DNA of 64,000 nt, taken from assembly GCA_037379345.1 (NCBI GenBank), contig CM074519.1, positions 30,282,103-30,346,102 of the forward strand. Reading direction: 5' to 3'. Under the pieces are notes generated by a model, which saw nothing but the letters and a program-made list of their open reading frames with translations, had not been told where the DNA came from and did no database searches. Shown here one piece after another: positions 33,501 to 43,699 of this stretch; the stretch's first letter is position 1, and every line of letters starts with the position of its first letter. The translations under genes and the position numbers were made by a program. This stretch comes from Perna viridis. Its lineage: Eukaryota.

Positions 33501-36244
33501 TGTTTTCCATGTCTGGTCTTTGTCCCTGGATTACATTCTTTTGATTACCGCTATAACCTTGGTTCCCTTGATTACTCTTTCATTTTAACCAAAAACCCTA
33601 AGTGTTACCGCAACTTTCATGGTACCATTGTAAAGTTGAGACATTGGGATACATGATGATACCTATATTTGTTTAGTTTGTTCACACATGCTATCCAAGG
33701 AAAGCTAAGATTCTCAAACAATTGAGACACAAAAATCTTGGCTTTTTGACCCAATGTGGTACAAATATAGGCTTATACTGAAAAAGAATCCGAGAATATT
33801 CTTTGGCGACAAATTGATTCGGTAATGGAAGGTGTTTAGGTCCCTAAAAATCACTGTGAAGTTGATGATGGGGTTGCATGGTGGACCCTCCCAGCCCATG
33901 GACTAATACACACCACCCCAGTAAAGTCATTTATGTTCATGTATTTAGAATTGCCACTGGAGACTATTAGGATATTGTAAAAAATTTGTGGAGTATTTAA
34001 ACATGTATACTTTTCTAGTTTATAAAACCATGACGAGGTAGCGAGCCAATTTTTTTTTTTAAAGATTTTTGCGGAGGTCAGAATATTTATTTTAAATTTA
34101 CTAGCCAAGATCAGAACATTTATTTTCAATTCACTAGCCAAGGTCAGAGTACATTGTATTTATTTTCTAGCAATTTCCAAAGTCAGACTAATAATTTTCT
34201 GGTATGAGGCCGGATTCCCAGACAACATGCCTCCGTTGGGCCAACGTTGGCTTATGGTTGGTTCGTTGGCTTTTAGTTGGCGTTGGCAATACTACGTTGG
34301 CCCAACGTTGGTCCAATGTAGCAGTGAGTGGTTTGGGAAAATATTTCCTCTTGATTTATTTTTACCAAAATAGTTTATACATGTCAAGTCAAAGGTTAAA
34401 TATGCCGTTTTGAAATTTTAAATACTTTCATATCATAAAAAGGTTTTACGTTGGTCCAACGTTGGCCCTACTATTCAGAATAACCTTTGCATTTAATGTT
34501 TTTCTTTAATAACTTTTTAGAAGCTGTTTGTACTTGAGAGTATTGTTACATTTCAATTTTTAAATCAAAACCATGCTTACATAATTTATATTTTTCTACA
34601 TTAGTCCAACCCAGAGCCAACGGTGAGCCAACATTGAACTAACGTCAAAACAACTTTCGTGATACACATGTTAAAACAGACTTCATATTATTCTTGATGC
34701 AAAAGTGTCTTTTTATCTCAAGTAAAGTGAAACAAGAAATCAAATCCGGACATATTGAAGAAAAATTGTGTTGCATCTAAACTGCAATACTAAGTTGGAC
34801 CAACGTTGGCCCAACTTTGAAACACTAAATATATATATATGTTTACTTTAATAAAAAAGCACTGTATACATATTTCCAATGTAAATTCTACCTAAAGATA
34901 AAACAATGATAAGCATTATCATGTTTCTATCAAATGCAAACGATTTGCAAATTTTCAATATTTATTATACCAATGCTTGTTTTATTTGCCAATTTGATAA
35001 TAGATTGTTTGTTTAAATCTTAACTGCAATCAGCTTGTTATAGGTACATTCTTACTGTTAAGAAGGTGTCATCCTGGTTTGCCCACTTTTAATTGAAGGT
35101 TTAAATAGACATAGGGGATTGCGTTGTTTTAACAATTAAAGTTTGTTTCTGAAATGTAGATATAATTTTACCTGCAAATTAATGATCAACTACTAAATTA
35201 AGAGCAATATGCATTTTTTTTCTATCCTCCTCATAATCAATTCTTTATATCCCTTAGATAGAGGTTACAAGTACAAAATCAGTGTAGGATTAAACAATAA
35301 AGATAAAAAAAACAAACAAATATAAATGAATAAATAAAAAGTAGAAAAAAAATGTTAATAACAAATGTGCATTATATATCCACAATCTTACTATACAGTA
35401 CTAGGCAGTAAGAGAAAAAAAATAAAATATATAGCACCATGTCTTGCTGACACCATTATATGCAAGCAGTCGATGTAACCAAATGTTTCTCAGATTTTTT
35501 CCTTAAGTATAGACTGTCTGGTAGCATACTGTAAAATTATATTATATTGGATATGCATTTCTTTCCTTTTTCTACATTTTTATGCATCAAAAGAAGACAC
35601 AGTGAAAGCAATTTTTGCTTACAAATACATACAGAAACATACATTTTTATACATGTATGACACATAGTGGGGTATTTTAATACAGACTATACAACTTCAT
35701 GGTTAGTGAACCCTTTGTATTTATTTTGTTTATACAACTGATTGATAATTGGAGTAATTCAAAGTGGGCAAAGCAGGATTAAACCGTTAAGAATTTACAT
35801 GATAAATTGAGGGGAATTTTGAGTGCTATCTTTGATATCTAGTGCATAGCATCACCACTCTGCGACATAACAAATTATAAAATTTAATTCTAATATATGT
35901 ATCTCAATGAATACCATAGTCAGACCGCTTGGTTCGGTAAACGTTGGGTTTATGTTGGGCCAACATTGGGTATTCGTTGGGTCAGTGTTGGCATTACTTT
36001 GGGCCAACGGGGGCATGCTGTCTGGGTTATTTATTTCCTAAATAATCAGGGACAGATTATTTATTTTTTTTTAAATCTGCCAGCTCCCCCACCCCCACTA
36101 AGAATCTAATGATCGTTCCCTAATTCTTAAATTATGTACGCTGATCTAGAAGTTATTACCTGATCTTATTGCCGCCATGCACACGAATACACAAAACACA
36201 CATAATAACAAGTAGCTATATTTTTGTTTCACCGTAGTATACAT
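215..36244 (-). CDS. Large secreted or cell-surface protein (19 exons in window, 3' end outside): signal peptide, F5/8C discoidin, 4 right-handed beta-helix modules, EGF repeats, IPT/TIG
   Basis: Manual splicing gives one open frame of 7053 nt with GT/AG at every junction and matching phases. Motifs: GWIAG..YLQIDL, YSNDG..W, L.GC (F5/8C); repeated W.G[IV] and A[ST].N[YFW]WG (beta-helix modules resembling bark beetle/Anakonda-type repeats); C.G.G.C..PN.C.C..G (EGF); P..G...GG..V.V.G.NF (IPT). Confidence 0.88.
1074..1240 (-). CDS. Exon 18: EGF / laminin-type EGF repeats
   Basis: DVNSCSGHGICVRPNVCVC...CVNGQCNDKTG; phase 2-1. Confidence 0.9.
1262..1640. mobile_element. MITE family A copy
   Basis: Reverse-complement homology to 9868-10228. 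Confidence 0.75.
1684..2087. mobile_element. MITE family B, related to A; second copy at 27843-28211 inserted in a LINE fossil
   Basis: Inverted repeat TAAGAATCATGC/GCATGATTCTTA; strong similarity to 27843-28211. Confidence 0.78.
2836..2974 (-). CDS. Exon 17: EGF-like repeat
   Basis: GWTGEMCTDYDCSDVNSCYGNGECIGPNVCNCSGGWAGKQC; phase 1-2. Confidence 0.9.
3819..4031 (-). CDS. Exon 16: end of module 4 (ASYNWWG) and first EGF repeat
   Basis: tttcag acceptor, CAG|GTTTGT donor, 213 nt; CSGVNNCSDKGQCVRPNRCRC. Confidence 0.9.
4299..4800. repeat. Diverged tandem repeat, ~125-132 bp x4, followed by a hairpin-ended repeat segment (to ~5020)
   Basis: CAGTGT..TATCGAATGTTC recurs at ~4300, 4425, 4552 and 4684; the downstream segment resembles 31410-31627. 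Confidence 0.8.
5053..5994 (-). CDS. Exon 15: beta-helix module 4 body
   Basis: Within the 324-aa ORF; ttgtag acceptor, AAG|GTAAGA donor, 942 nt, phase 1-1. Confidence 0.9.
6017..7410 (-). mobile_element. Helentron-associated (HINE/Pearl-like) non-autonomous element with internal ~300-bp tandem units
   Basis: Minus-strand 5' part ...CATCACTTGGCGTCCGTCGTCGTCG (microsatellite), repeated AAGGGCAATAACTC units, 3' end AGGTGAGCGA followed by an imperfect hairpin. Confidence 0.7.
8097..8204 (-). CDS. Exon 14 (GSLKINDANDVFEMSSFTAFDTIQESYWHGVLLRSN)
   Basis: tttcag acceptor, ATG|GTAAGA donor, 108 nt, phase 1-1; WHGV motif. Confidence 0.85.
8354..8870 (-). mobile_element. Penelope-like element family 1, 3' fragment (RT C-terminus plus 3' UTR)
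   Basis: Reverse complement of the ...CCCTTGATTACTCTT-terminated tail seen at 44.6 and 50.06 kb; contains an internal ~44-bp duplication. Confidence 0.85.
9125..9198 (-). CDS. Exon 13 (RPGVRLTIIGAITLNFKKNRGIYIA)
   Basis: tttacag acceptor, CAG|GTAAGA donor, phase 2-1. Confidence 0.85.
9851..10241. mobile_element. MITE family A; copies at ~1262-1640 (inverted) and 42111-42504
   Basis: Subterminal inverted repeat TAAGAATCAGGCA/TGCCTGATTCTTA; ends near TTAA-GTAC...GTAC-TTAA; three homologous copies. Confidence 0.8.
10637..11987 (-). CDS. Exon 12: beta-helix module 3 body
   Basis: The 440-aa ORF extended upstream to a tatgcag acceptor; CAG|GTATAA donor; phase 1-2; ATYNYWG. Confidence 0.92.
13385..13790. 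repeat. Dispersed repeat, also at ~47840-48215 and ~36600; possibly the 3' region of the second Penelope-like family
   Basis: Shared GAC.GG[GA]ACA.G.GCAA..A.TG.GG.GGG.TT motif. Confidence 0.5.
14235..14333 (-). CDS. Exon 11 (GVFISNGTSDAIVNLKAEDDTKRWKGIDIRSER)
   Basis: gtacag acceptor, GAG|GTAGTA donor, 99 nt, phase 1-1; WKGI motif. Confidence 0.82.
14713..16002 (-). CDS. Exon 10: beta-helix module 2 body
   Basis: Within the 454-aa ORF; 1290 nt, phase 1-1; ASLNYWG and SPY..AGV motifs. Confidence 0.92.
16774..16866 (-). CDS. Exon 9 (GPLDIGNSTVTTTIRGETGKGKWNGIHVYSS)
   Basis: gttaag acceptor, CAG|GTATTA donor, 93 nt, phase 1-1; WNGI motif. Confidence 0.82.
17215..18642 (-). CDS. Exon 8: beta-helix module 1 body
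   Basis: Within the 511-aa ORF; 1428 nt, phase 1-1; Asn-rich PbH1-like repeats; ASYNFWG. Confidence 0.92.
19347..19552 (+). repeat. tRNA-Leu-like dispersed repeat
   Basis: A box TGGCCGAGTGG (19423-19433), B box GGTTCGAATCC (19491-19501); homologues at 22.2-22.7, 23.4, 41.2, 60.8 and 61.1-61.3 kb. Confidence 0.75.
19650..21381. repeat. Perfect tandem array, 124-bp unit x ~14
   Basis: Identical units, reflected in identical 61-aa ORFs every 124 nt; each unit is the 3' half of exon 7 plus the start of intron 7. Confidence 0.97.
21329..21436 (-). CDS. Exon 7 (GMLLTIGVEDVLVTLSSNYPVLNMKGLWNGVHRKIG); its 3' half lies in the first unit of the 124-bp array
   Basis: ctctcag acceptor, GAG|GTTGGT donor, 108 nt, phase 1-1; W.GV motif shared with exons 9, 11 and 14. 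Confidence 0.82.
21720..22140 (-). mobile_element. Degenerate HINE-like element
   Basis: GGACGGAC-type microsatellite followed by a TACCCCC...GGG terminal motif, typical of HINE ends. Confidence 0.4.
22230..22676. repeat. Head-to-head inverted pair of the tRNA-like repeat (foldback, ~200-bp arms)
   Basis: 22230-22432 is the reverse complement of 22474-22676 with few mismatches; (TA)n follows. Confidence 0.9.
23223..23361 (-). CDS. Exon 6: start of beta-helix module 1 (TNTVWIPNQSPIVIEKRIEIRPLATLEIQAGVSVIF...GIDVY)
   Basis: ttgtag acceptor, ATG|GTATGT donor, phase 0-1; homologous to the SPY...AGVEIFF segment at the end of exon 10. Confidence 0.88.
24481..24609 (-). CDS. Exon 5: end of F5/8C domain (TRFIVFNPVEYHCNPSLLVKLVGC...) and linker
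   Basis: ttccag acceptor, AAT|GTAAGT donor, phase 0-0. Confidence 0.85.
25296..25558. mobile_element. Short MITE (AGGGGCGGATCCAGG...CCTGAGTCTGCCCCTG)
   Basis: Imperfect TIR with flanking direct repeat TGTTGA (25290-25295, 25559-25564); related remnants at 30440-30750. Confidence 0.7.
25708..26092. repeat. Tandem repeat, 111 bp x ~3.4
   Basis: AATTCTAATCATGAGATTCTTCAT at 25708, 25819, 25930 and 26041. Confidence 0.92.
26300..28830 (-). mobile_element. CR1/L2-group LINE fossil (endonuclease and RT remnants), interrupted by a MITE
   Basis: LDYV (EN), IKSLKRKKAEGYD, WK.G..VPLFKG, FLDSQKAFDTVW, GVRQ.SVLS..LYL..INDL; many stops and frameshifts. Confidence 0.8.
27843..28211. mobile_element. MITE family B copy (one end truncated)
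   Basis: Direct homology to 1684-2050. Confidence 0.78.
29116..29242 (-). CDS. Exon 4: F5/8C domain (ITYSNDGLLWSSY...FNLNPVLT)
   Basis: ttccag acceptor, ACG|GTAAGT donor, phase 2-0; YS.DG..W motif. Confidence 0.88.
29867..29990 (-). CDS. Exon 3: F5/8C domain (EGWIAGKRTIFEYLQIDLKAVTKITAIEIK...)
   Basis: tttcag acceptor, CAG|GTATTA donor, phase 1-2; YLQIDL motif. Confidence 0.88.
30051..30246 (+). mobile_element. Penelope-like family 1, 3' tail
   Basis: Near-identical to the 33381-33579 and 49865-50062 tails. Confidence 0.85.
32011..32121 (-). CDS. Exon 2: start of F5/8C domain (DASSCNDTLTDNIEYHQYSASSYTSDAHNASAGRIDG)
   Basis: ttacag acceptor, GAG|GTTTGT donor, 111 nt, phase 1-1; SASS and GR.DG motifs. 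Confidence 0.85.
33381..33579 (+). mobile_element. Penelope-like family 1, 3' tail
   Basis: Same tail, same 3' terminus. Confidence 0.85.
34217..36026. mobile_element. Non-autonomous CACTA/EnSpm-like DNA transposon
   Basis: ~28-bp TIR CCCAGACA.CATGCC.CCGTTGG.CCAA, TT target duplication, many subterminal CCAACGTTGG palindromic motifs. Confidence 0.8.
36160..36244 (-). CDS. Exon 1: start codon and signal peptide (MYTTVKQKYSYLLLCVFCVFVCMAAIRS)
   Basis: ATG, basic n-region, hydrophobic h-region, CAG|GTAATA donor; phase 1 matches exon 2. Confidence 0.75.
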
Positions 36245-36869
36245 ATTCACTTAATGTCTGATTGTTTATTTTCATCCACTTAATGTCAATATTAAGTACA
36301 CAAATCTCGCACGAATACACTAAACTTACATAACAACAAGTGCATGTAGTTTTGTTTCATCATCTATTTAATGCCTTTGCTTAAGTGCACAAAACTTATC
36401 TTGCGCCCACGCATTTCTTCTTTGTTCGATTTGATTTTGTACAATATATTTCTTTCTGGTTAGCTTAAATCACAAATCGACCTCATTGGTTGTCATGTTT
36501 TCATCTATTGTAATGCATGTGAAACTAATTATACAAGTAAATTTAAATCATTGGACCCACCAAAGACCTAATATTACGTTATTATACCTAATGCAGTATA
36601 GGGACCGGCGCAAAACCAGACATGTGGGTGGGTTTAAAACGAAAGTGTAAGGGTTGCAGACTTTCATTTTTTTCATTTTGCCTAAATTTATTTGACGTTT
36701 CCAACAAAAAGGGGTATTCCAACCCCCAGATCCCTTCTGACTTTGTGAAGAGAATATTTTGTTTTTACAGTATCATCCAAGAATCATGCAAGCGGTAATA
36801 AGTCAACTTTTTAAGTGTACATGCATGCATCTAGTATGTCCTACATGTATTTGTGACATCAGAATCAAT

Positions 36870-37435
36870 GAAAGAGTCTGTCGTAAAGTTTGGTCAACAG
36901 TTTTTCTTTACCGTCGATTTCTAAGCGTAGGTCAAGATATGAGGCTGATTTCACAGTGTCTGTAGTATCTTTTATTTCAACTTCTGTGGGGTAGATGCGA
37001 TGTATCAAATCCCCGAAATTAGGATTGTTTAAAGATAATACGTCATCTATATAGCGGAAACTGAGATTAAAGGATCTAGCCAAACGATATTTTTTTCTTT
37101 CGGTTCAGATCAGCTGTAAAGTCAGCCTCATATGAGTGAAGGAATAGGTTAGCATGCAGAAGAGCACAATTTGTTCCCATTGGAATGTCGACCGTTTGTT
37201 GAAAAACACGTCCACCACACTGGACAAATATGTTTTCGATTAAAAATTCCAGCATTTTGTTAACAACTTCCCCTGTATATTTGGAAGATGATTTGGAATT
37301 ATTTCTTACAAAATATGAGGAATCTCTACTAAGAACTATATATTTGTATCTAGGTGTACCGTCTTTTTGTAAAAACAACGATGTAAAATGTTTTTAAGTC
37401 GGGATTTTAACTGAGTATGGGGAATAGAAGTACAC
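36870..37435 (-). mobile_element. Penelope-like reverse transcriptase fragment (degraded)
   Basis: IPMGTNCA.L.A.LFLHSYEA, FRYIDD and SASYLDL motifs with frameshifts. Confidence 0.88.
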
Positions 37436-38172
37436 GTGGTAACGAAGGAGGTTGAGAAAGTAGAATTTTCATTATATTTTTTTCTCTATAGCTACATACA
37501 TGAATGTTATTGTTTTTATCATGTAAAGAGGTTAGGTTGTTTGGAAAGTTGAATAAAGGTTTTATGTGAACTTGTACTTCATATGGTGGTTATTTTATCA
37601 GTGCCTCAGTGCAACCAAATTTTGTAATAGATTCATATCAGACTTCATCATTGTAAATCTGTATATTATTTATAGTTCTGCAAGAGTTGTTTCGTGTGTG
37701 AACGTAATCAATACACATACTTTTTTTAGCAAGGTTCACGACCTTCAATATTAACAACTACAAAGTAGTAAAAATCACGATGAATCAATTTACTATTCAG
37801 GCTGAACTGCCTGGTTCTTACTTTGATTTGAGATAGTTTTTTTTTAAAGGGACAGAAATAGACTTCCATAGAGATGTGATTTTTACACACTGTTCAAATT
37901 GTTCACGATCGTTCAGCATTATTAGATTCACTTAAAAGTCATGCACTGGTTCCCTTCCCGATATCTAATTTTGTTTATTCTACACTTATCTATACCAGAC
38001 CCAGTATATAGGTTACAGACCACCAATTCAACCAATGAGCATTTGGAACGTACGCAAAAATAGTCCTACGCAGAAATTACCTCTGTTCCTCATAGTGCTG
38101 TGAAAAAAGTTCTCATCTTATTTAAAAAATTTAAACAGTTTCTGACAGGAAAAACATTTCTGTACATTTTAT

Positions 38173-39027
38173 AGGTGCATTTTGCTTCTTGTGATGTGAA
38201 GCCTAATCTCCACAATGATTTTTAAATATACCCCTATCTTGTGAAAACACTGGGATTTCCCATGCTATTTATAGACCCTTCACTTCCGGTGACCAGTACT
38301 GCACTGCAAGTCTGCTAACCCCACATGCCATTCTGAGGATTGTGAGCTGACATATGTAGAATCATGCTGATATATAGTCCTCTGCAGGTTAAAGTTAAGG
38401 TAAAGTCCAGAGAAGCCATTGAATATTGTGAAATTAGCATAGAAGCCTATGGGAAGTGGAATTAGTGGTTTTTAGCCTATATAACACAATAACTTGAAGT
38501 AAATATTCCACCAATTATGAAGCAGTTACTTGCCAATTAACTAGTTGATAACCTTTGACTTCCAAACAATATTAAGTGTACCAGTGATACGATCACCTGG
38601 TTACACTGACCCTACACAGTCCTGACATCGAATTCAAAATGGATTTGATTGACATAGTTTCACAGCATTACATTAAACGACTGATAAAAGTGAACAACAT
38701 TTTACTTGTCTTGTGGTATTCTGGTTTTCCCTGTCTTTTCTTCATGCGATGTGTTGACAAATAGCCGTTTTCTCATTTTTTAAAACAATTCTAAATTAAG
38801 ACCGTCAGTTAAAAAGATACACATGTAACCACCGGAAAATTGCAGAAATGGTCATTAGTAGTTTAGATGGTAATTGGGTTGTTCTATCCTTTATTCTTTA
38901 CTCAAAAACTGTCAGACAAATGTGCATAGAAAAACAATGCATCGTGAATAACGGTCCTGAAACTATTATTTTTTGTTAATTTGAAGGGGTTGCAATTATG
39001 CATAATAATATGTTATTAGATGCACCT
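38173..39027. mobile_element. Possible Kolobok-like MITE
   Basis: AGGTGCAT...ATGCACCT ends with TTAT/TTAA flanks; only a short TIR supports it. Confidence 0.35.
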
Positions 39028-42000
39028 TTAAAAGTGAAATTGTTACAGAAATAGCGTGAACGCTTAATCTATAACGATAGTACTGCCATACGAAAAATAA
39101 TGTCTGGCCGATATGTATCCTATAACTTATATCATATCGCTTGCTTCCCCAATAAGAAGAAACGCCTCGATGGTCTCTGGGTACTTCGAGTCAATATTTC
39201 TTGTCCTGCATGAAATATTTGCCATAAAAATGTACAAAATGTAAACCAATAAATCTATCAATACCAACCGTATCATCATGACGTACTCTTATTCTAATAA
39301 AAAAACGATACTTGTAAAACTGGGAGCAAATTAGGCTTTCTTGATATTATCTCCTTTACTCCCCCAAAACATATAGGTGTCACTATCTTCTAAAACAATT
39401 TTGAAAGTCTCATCAAATTCTATTTATCGATTTCAGAGGAGGTAGAGAATAGAAGATGGACTCATCCTTATCGACTAATGACATATAGTCCATGTATTGC
39501 ATCAAGCAACCCCACAAAAGTCGTGCAAATGGAAATACGACATAAGAGGTGCAAAGTGATATCATGGGATAAACAATTGTGAAAGTAATTATATCAAATT
39601 CTATTCTGCCTTTTGAAGGCCTTTTTCGACAAATTACTTATTGTGAAAGCCAGATCTATATTGCTCAACAATGCAAACTTTGTTTCATGGATTATTTTAA
39701 GTTGTTAGTACAATATCATCATATATGAGTTTGTAAATCTCAAATGACCCATAACACAAACTTTCAGCAGAAATGAATCCAATTTATTGACATAAGCACT
39801 AGTGCAATATGCCTGTAGTTTTCCTTTGGTAGTGTTTATATTCAATAAATATGACTATAATTTATTTTTATCATTTCAATCAAACGTGTTCAATAAATTT
39901 CACTCGGTCATGTTAACTCCATGTATCAGAAGAGTCGATTGGCAAATTGTTCCTATACTTTCCTGGTCAGTTACAACCACTGCGCGGCTGGGACACTGAT
40001 ATAACATTGAAATTTAACTTAAATGTACAGCTATTGAATACAGATCATTGCTTCAAGTTCGACAAATGTTAATACGAGCCACTTGACTGTGTACGCCATG
40101 TTTAAGGTCACTGTTTGTACAGTTTACGGTGCTACAATAACTATTAAAGAATTTCGTTAACTCACCAAATTCACGACAAAAGACGATAGCCATCGTTACA
40201 ATTATACAGTAGAAGCCAAGCAAGAAATGCCGTAACAAAACGTGTTCCATCGCTGTCTTAAATTATTGGAATACTTTTCTACTGTAGTAATATCCGGCTT
40301 GTCATTTTGTCCAAGATATCTCCAAATACCAGGATGTTATATAAGGACAAACATCTTTTAACATCGGACTGTATTATTATAATTAGAAAATTTGTCATCC
40401 TTTCCGGAAAATTATTTGTGATTTTAAATCAAGTTAGTGATAAAATACCCTTCAAGCGACATGTTCCTTAGATACAAAGTAACAGTGAAGTTAACAGTAT
40501 TTCTAATGATAGGAATTCGAACTCTTAATGCCCATGGTACACATAGTAACATAGTTAAGAAGGATATAATTTAAAATTGCAGATAACACACTCCTATTTG
40601 TTTACGTTGGTACATGAGAGTTAAAACTTTGTTTTTGTTTGGTTTTAAAACGATTACTTTTAAGTCTCCTTCTTTCCGAGCTTTGTTCAAGTGCAATCTG
40701 AAGAGTTGTTTACCATATTTCCATACTTAACTAACAAAAAATTCACATCTTATAGTATAGCCTTTAATGCTTATGCTATACTATATTTATGAATAAAAGA
40801 AAGAAATTTTCAAAAATGTTCATGTAAATTCAAAAGTGATTATTGCTTATTAATAATGTGATTTATTTTTTCGATTAATGTTTCGTCCAGCATGTTGTAC
40901 TAGATCAATCTATAAAGCAGTCTTTTATATTGTGTAAATACGATTCGTGTTGGTCAAGTGCAGATATGTTTAGACGTTTATCAAACAGTTTCATTTGTTT
41001 ATGTTAATATTCACTTTGACATGTAAGGGGTTTTTATTTGCAATTAAGTTCATTATTATGTAAGATAATCTACCAATGCCGCATTATTTACTTTATTTTG
41101 AAGTATTGACAGAAGGGGCCTTTAAACCATTAAAACCAGTGTTAGTGTAAATTAACCAACCTTGCAAGCCAATAATATGTTTATTTTTTCCTGATATTGT
41201 ATAAAATAAAGCTTACGTAAATTAACCGAGGGATACTTCGTCGTAAGTAAATCTAGAGAGCGAACATGATGGGACATGATGAAAATGAAAGGGGCAACCT
41301 CTGATGGCATCGGGGAAGACAGTAGAGGACCTGAAACCGTATGCAGTTACAGCCACACAAAGAAATTAATGCATACAAAAAGTCTAATGGGATGTGGGAA
41401 CTCTACAGTCTACTATATTTTAAACAATCTATCTACTTGTGTGACATTGCCATGTCTTGTAGATCTAATATGTGTAATCGGTCTTGGTATAACTTTCTGT
41501 GATTCGCTTCGGACTTTGGTTTTACCTTGCCCGTATCGTTATAACCTTGTCCAAGTAACTTTTATGTACGCTATTGGGTCCTATCTAGAAACTCGTAGCA
41601 ATGATTGTAATTTCTTTTAAAACAATCATTGCACTTAGATTGTAACTACAAGTACTTAGAAAAGGATAGATGACAATGATGATTGCAAAATTGTAGTGGT
41701 TGTCATATAGATTAGTTTAAATCTTTGTTTCATATATTTCCAAGTCGAATGACACTTTTCATCTCTCATCATATCTTGCCGTCATAAAAAAATATTTTTT
41801 TCAGACCATATGTACATGTATACGTATAAACTTTATTCCCTGCGAATAGAATCAGAGCGGTTTGACCCAAGTAATTGGTGGAACGAATTGTGAAGGCGGT
41901 GTCTCCTCATACGCAACTTATGTACTCGGGGCCGCAGAGGCTCCAGGTACACAACTTAATAATGTAATGTACATGTAATTGGTAAAGAACATTATCTTAT

Positions 42001-42110
42001 TAAATGTACATGTTCATAAAGTGTGTACATCCGTGACAGGCGGAACTCGAGCCGACTGAAACAGAAGTCTACACGTATTTTACATTTGATTGCAGCAATA
42101 AAGTTAGTAT

Positions 42111-42504
42111 TTAAGTACTATTCTGTGTACGAATCAGGCAATGGGTGGCACATCATATTTCTCAATTTAGTCTTTTTTGCCTCAAATACATTCAACACAT
42201 CTAGAAAATAATTGAACAGCTATTTAAATTTATCCTGAAGCATCGGTAATGTAGATATTATTTGACTGCTTATATAAGGAAAAAGTTTGGGAACATTTTC
42301 CCGCCATTTTTTCACAGTGCATTTCAACTAAATTTGACCTATCAATATCTTTAAAAGGCAATTTTTTCAAACACTTTGACAGTAATTTTTTGAGGTTATG
42401 AGGTACAAATACTTGGATTATGCAATAAAATGTCCGTGTATTTTTTCTTCATGTGCCACACCTTATACACTGTTTGCCTGATTCTTAGACGGAGAAGTAT
42501 TTAA
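42111..42504. mobile_element. MITE family A copy
   Basis: Homologous to 9851-10241; TTAA at both ends. Confidence 0.8.
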
Positions 42505-43699
42505 GTTTATTGTATTACCAATTAATGACCCCTGATATTCGATGAATTCCCCGGGAATTTTGGCATATCCCATTCTGTCTGACAAATAAAGGTACAATAT
42601 TCTGACACACTTTCTTTAATGGAATCTTATTGCAGTTATCAAATGTTACATTTTAGATCCATGGAGATACGCCGAACCGCTTTACCTGACCGATGAAAAT
42701 TCATTCGGTCAAGTAGAAAATTCGGATTTCTTCAGTTATCCATATAGGAAAAAAGATGACAAAATAGCAAAACTAGGCACTGGTGACCACAGAATGATTT
42801 TCGATGGGTCTGATATTGTCAAAGATCATACTATTAATAGCATACATAACATCGGAGTTCTTGTTATTTATTTCAACGAAAGAGCAATCTCGATGTAAAC
42901 CGAAGAATAATTAAATATTTTTCGTAATACCATCAAACAAAGTGACATACATTACAAGATCAGAAATTATTTTGTTTATTATCCAGTTAATTGAGAAAAC
43001 CGTCACATTATATAACAAAATGTTCTTTTCCAATGAAACTGCAGTATTTTAGTTGTGTACGTTCAGCCACTGGGTCTTCTAGTACACAAGTTGTGTACAC
43101 GAAACACTACCAATTTTGTTTCTTTTGTACAATTTCAGTTAAAATATCTACAATATCAAGACGTGAAATTGCAATCCATGATTAGATACTTTAAATTATT
43201 TCAAATCTCAATAAAATAATTACGGACGCAATGACATCATCAAAATAGAGGAAATCTTTCAAGGAGATATAATATTAACGCAAATGTGATGAAGTAATTC
43301 GAAAACTAACCAAGATGGATAAGGAGTGGTTGCCATTCTACTGTACATCTCCTAAGATGCTTGATTTCTCGATAGATGGTAGTCTAAATTCGCACTTATA
43401 ACCTAACTGCATCTCTATACAAAGCAAGTTTTGAGACTCAACTTTCTGAGCCATCATTTTATGGACTTCATTTTGGATATAGGTTATCGCAGACCCTTTC
43501 AAACAGTTTGTGTTAAAAGGTCAAGACGAAGTAAAACGTCCATGTCTTACACTCCCTTTGTTAATACAGGTCAAGATGCCATTATTTTTGCTAAACACCA
43601 TCGATCAAAAATGGTGTCGAACAATTTTCAGTCGTATTTCGACGACGTATCAACGCCAATCATTTCATATTCCTATTCTTCACCTATTACATCTATATA

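Noticed and set aside
36480-36560. CCAAT boxes as the promoter of the large gene
   Set aside because: Short motifs in AT-rich DNA with an unknown transcription start; not supportable from sequence alone.
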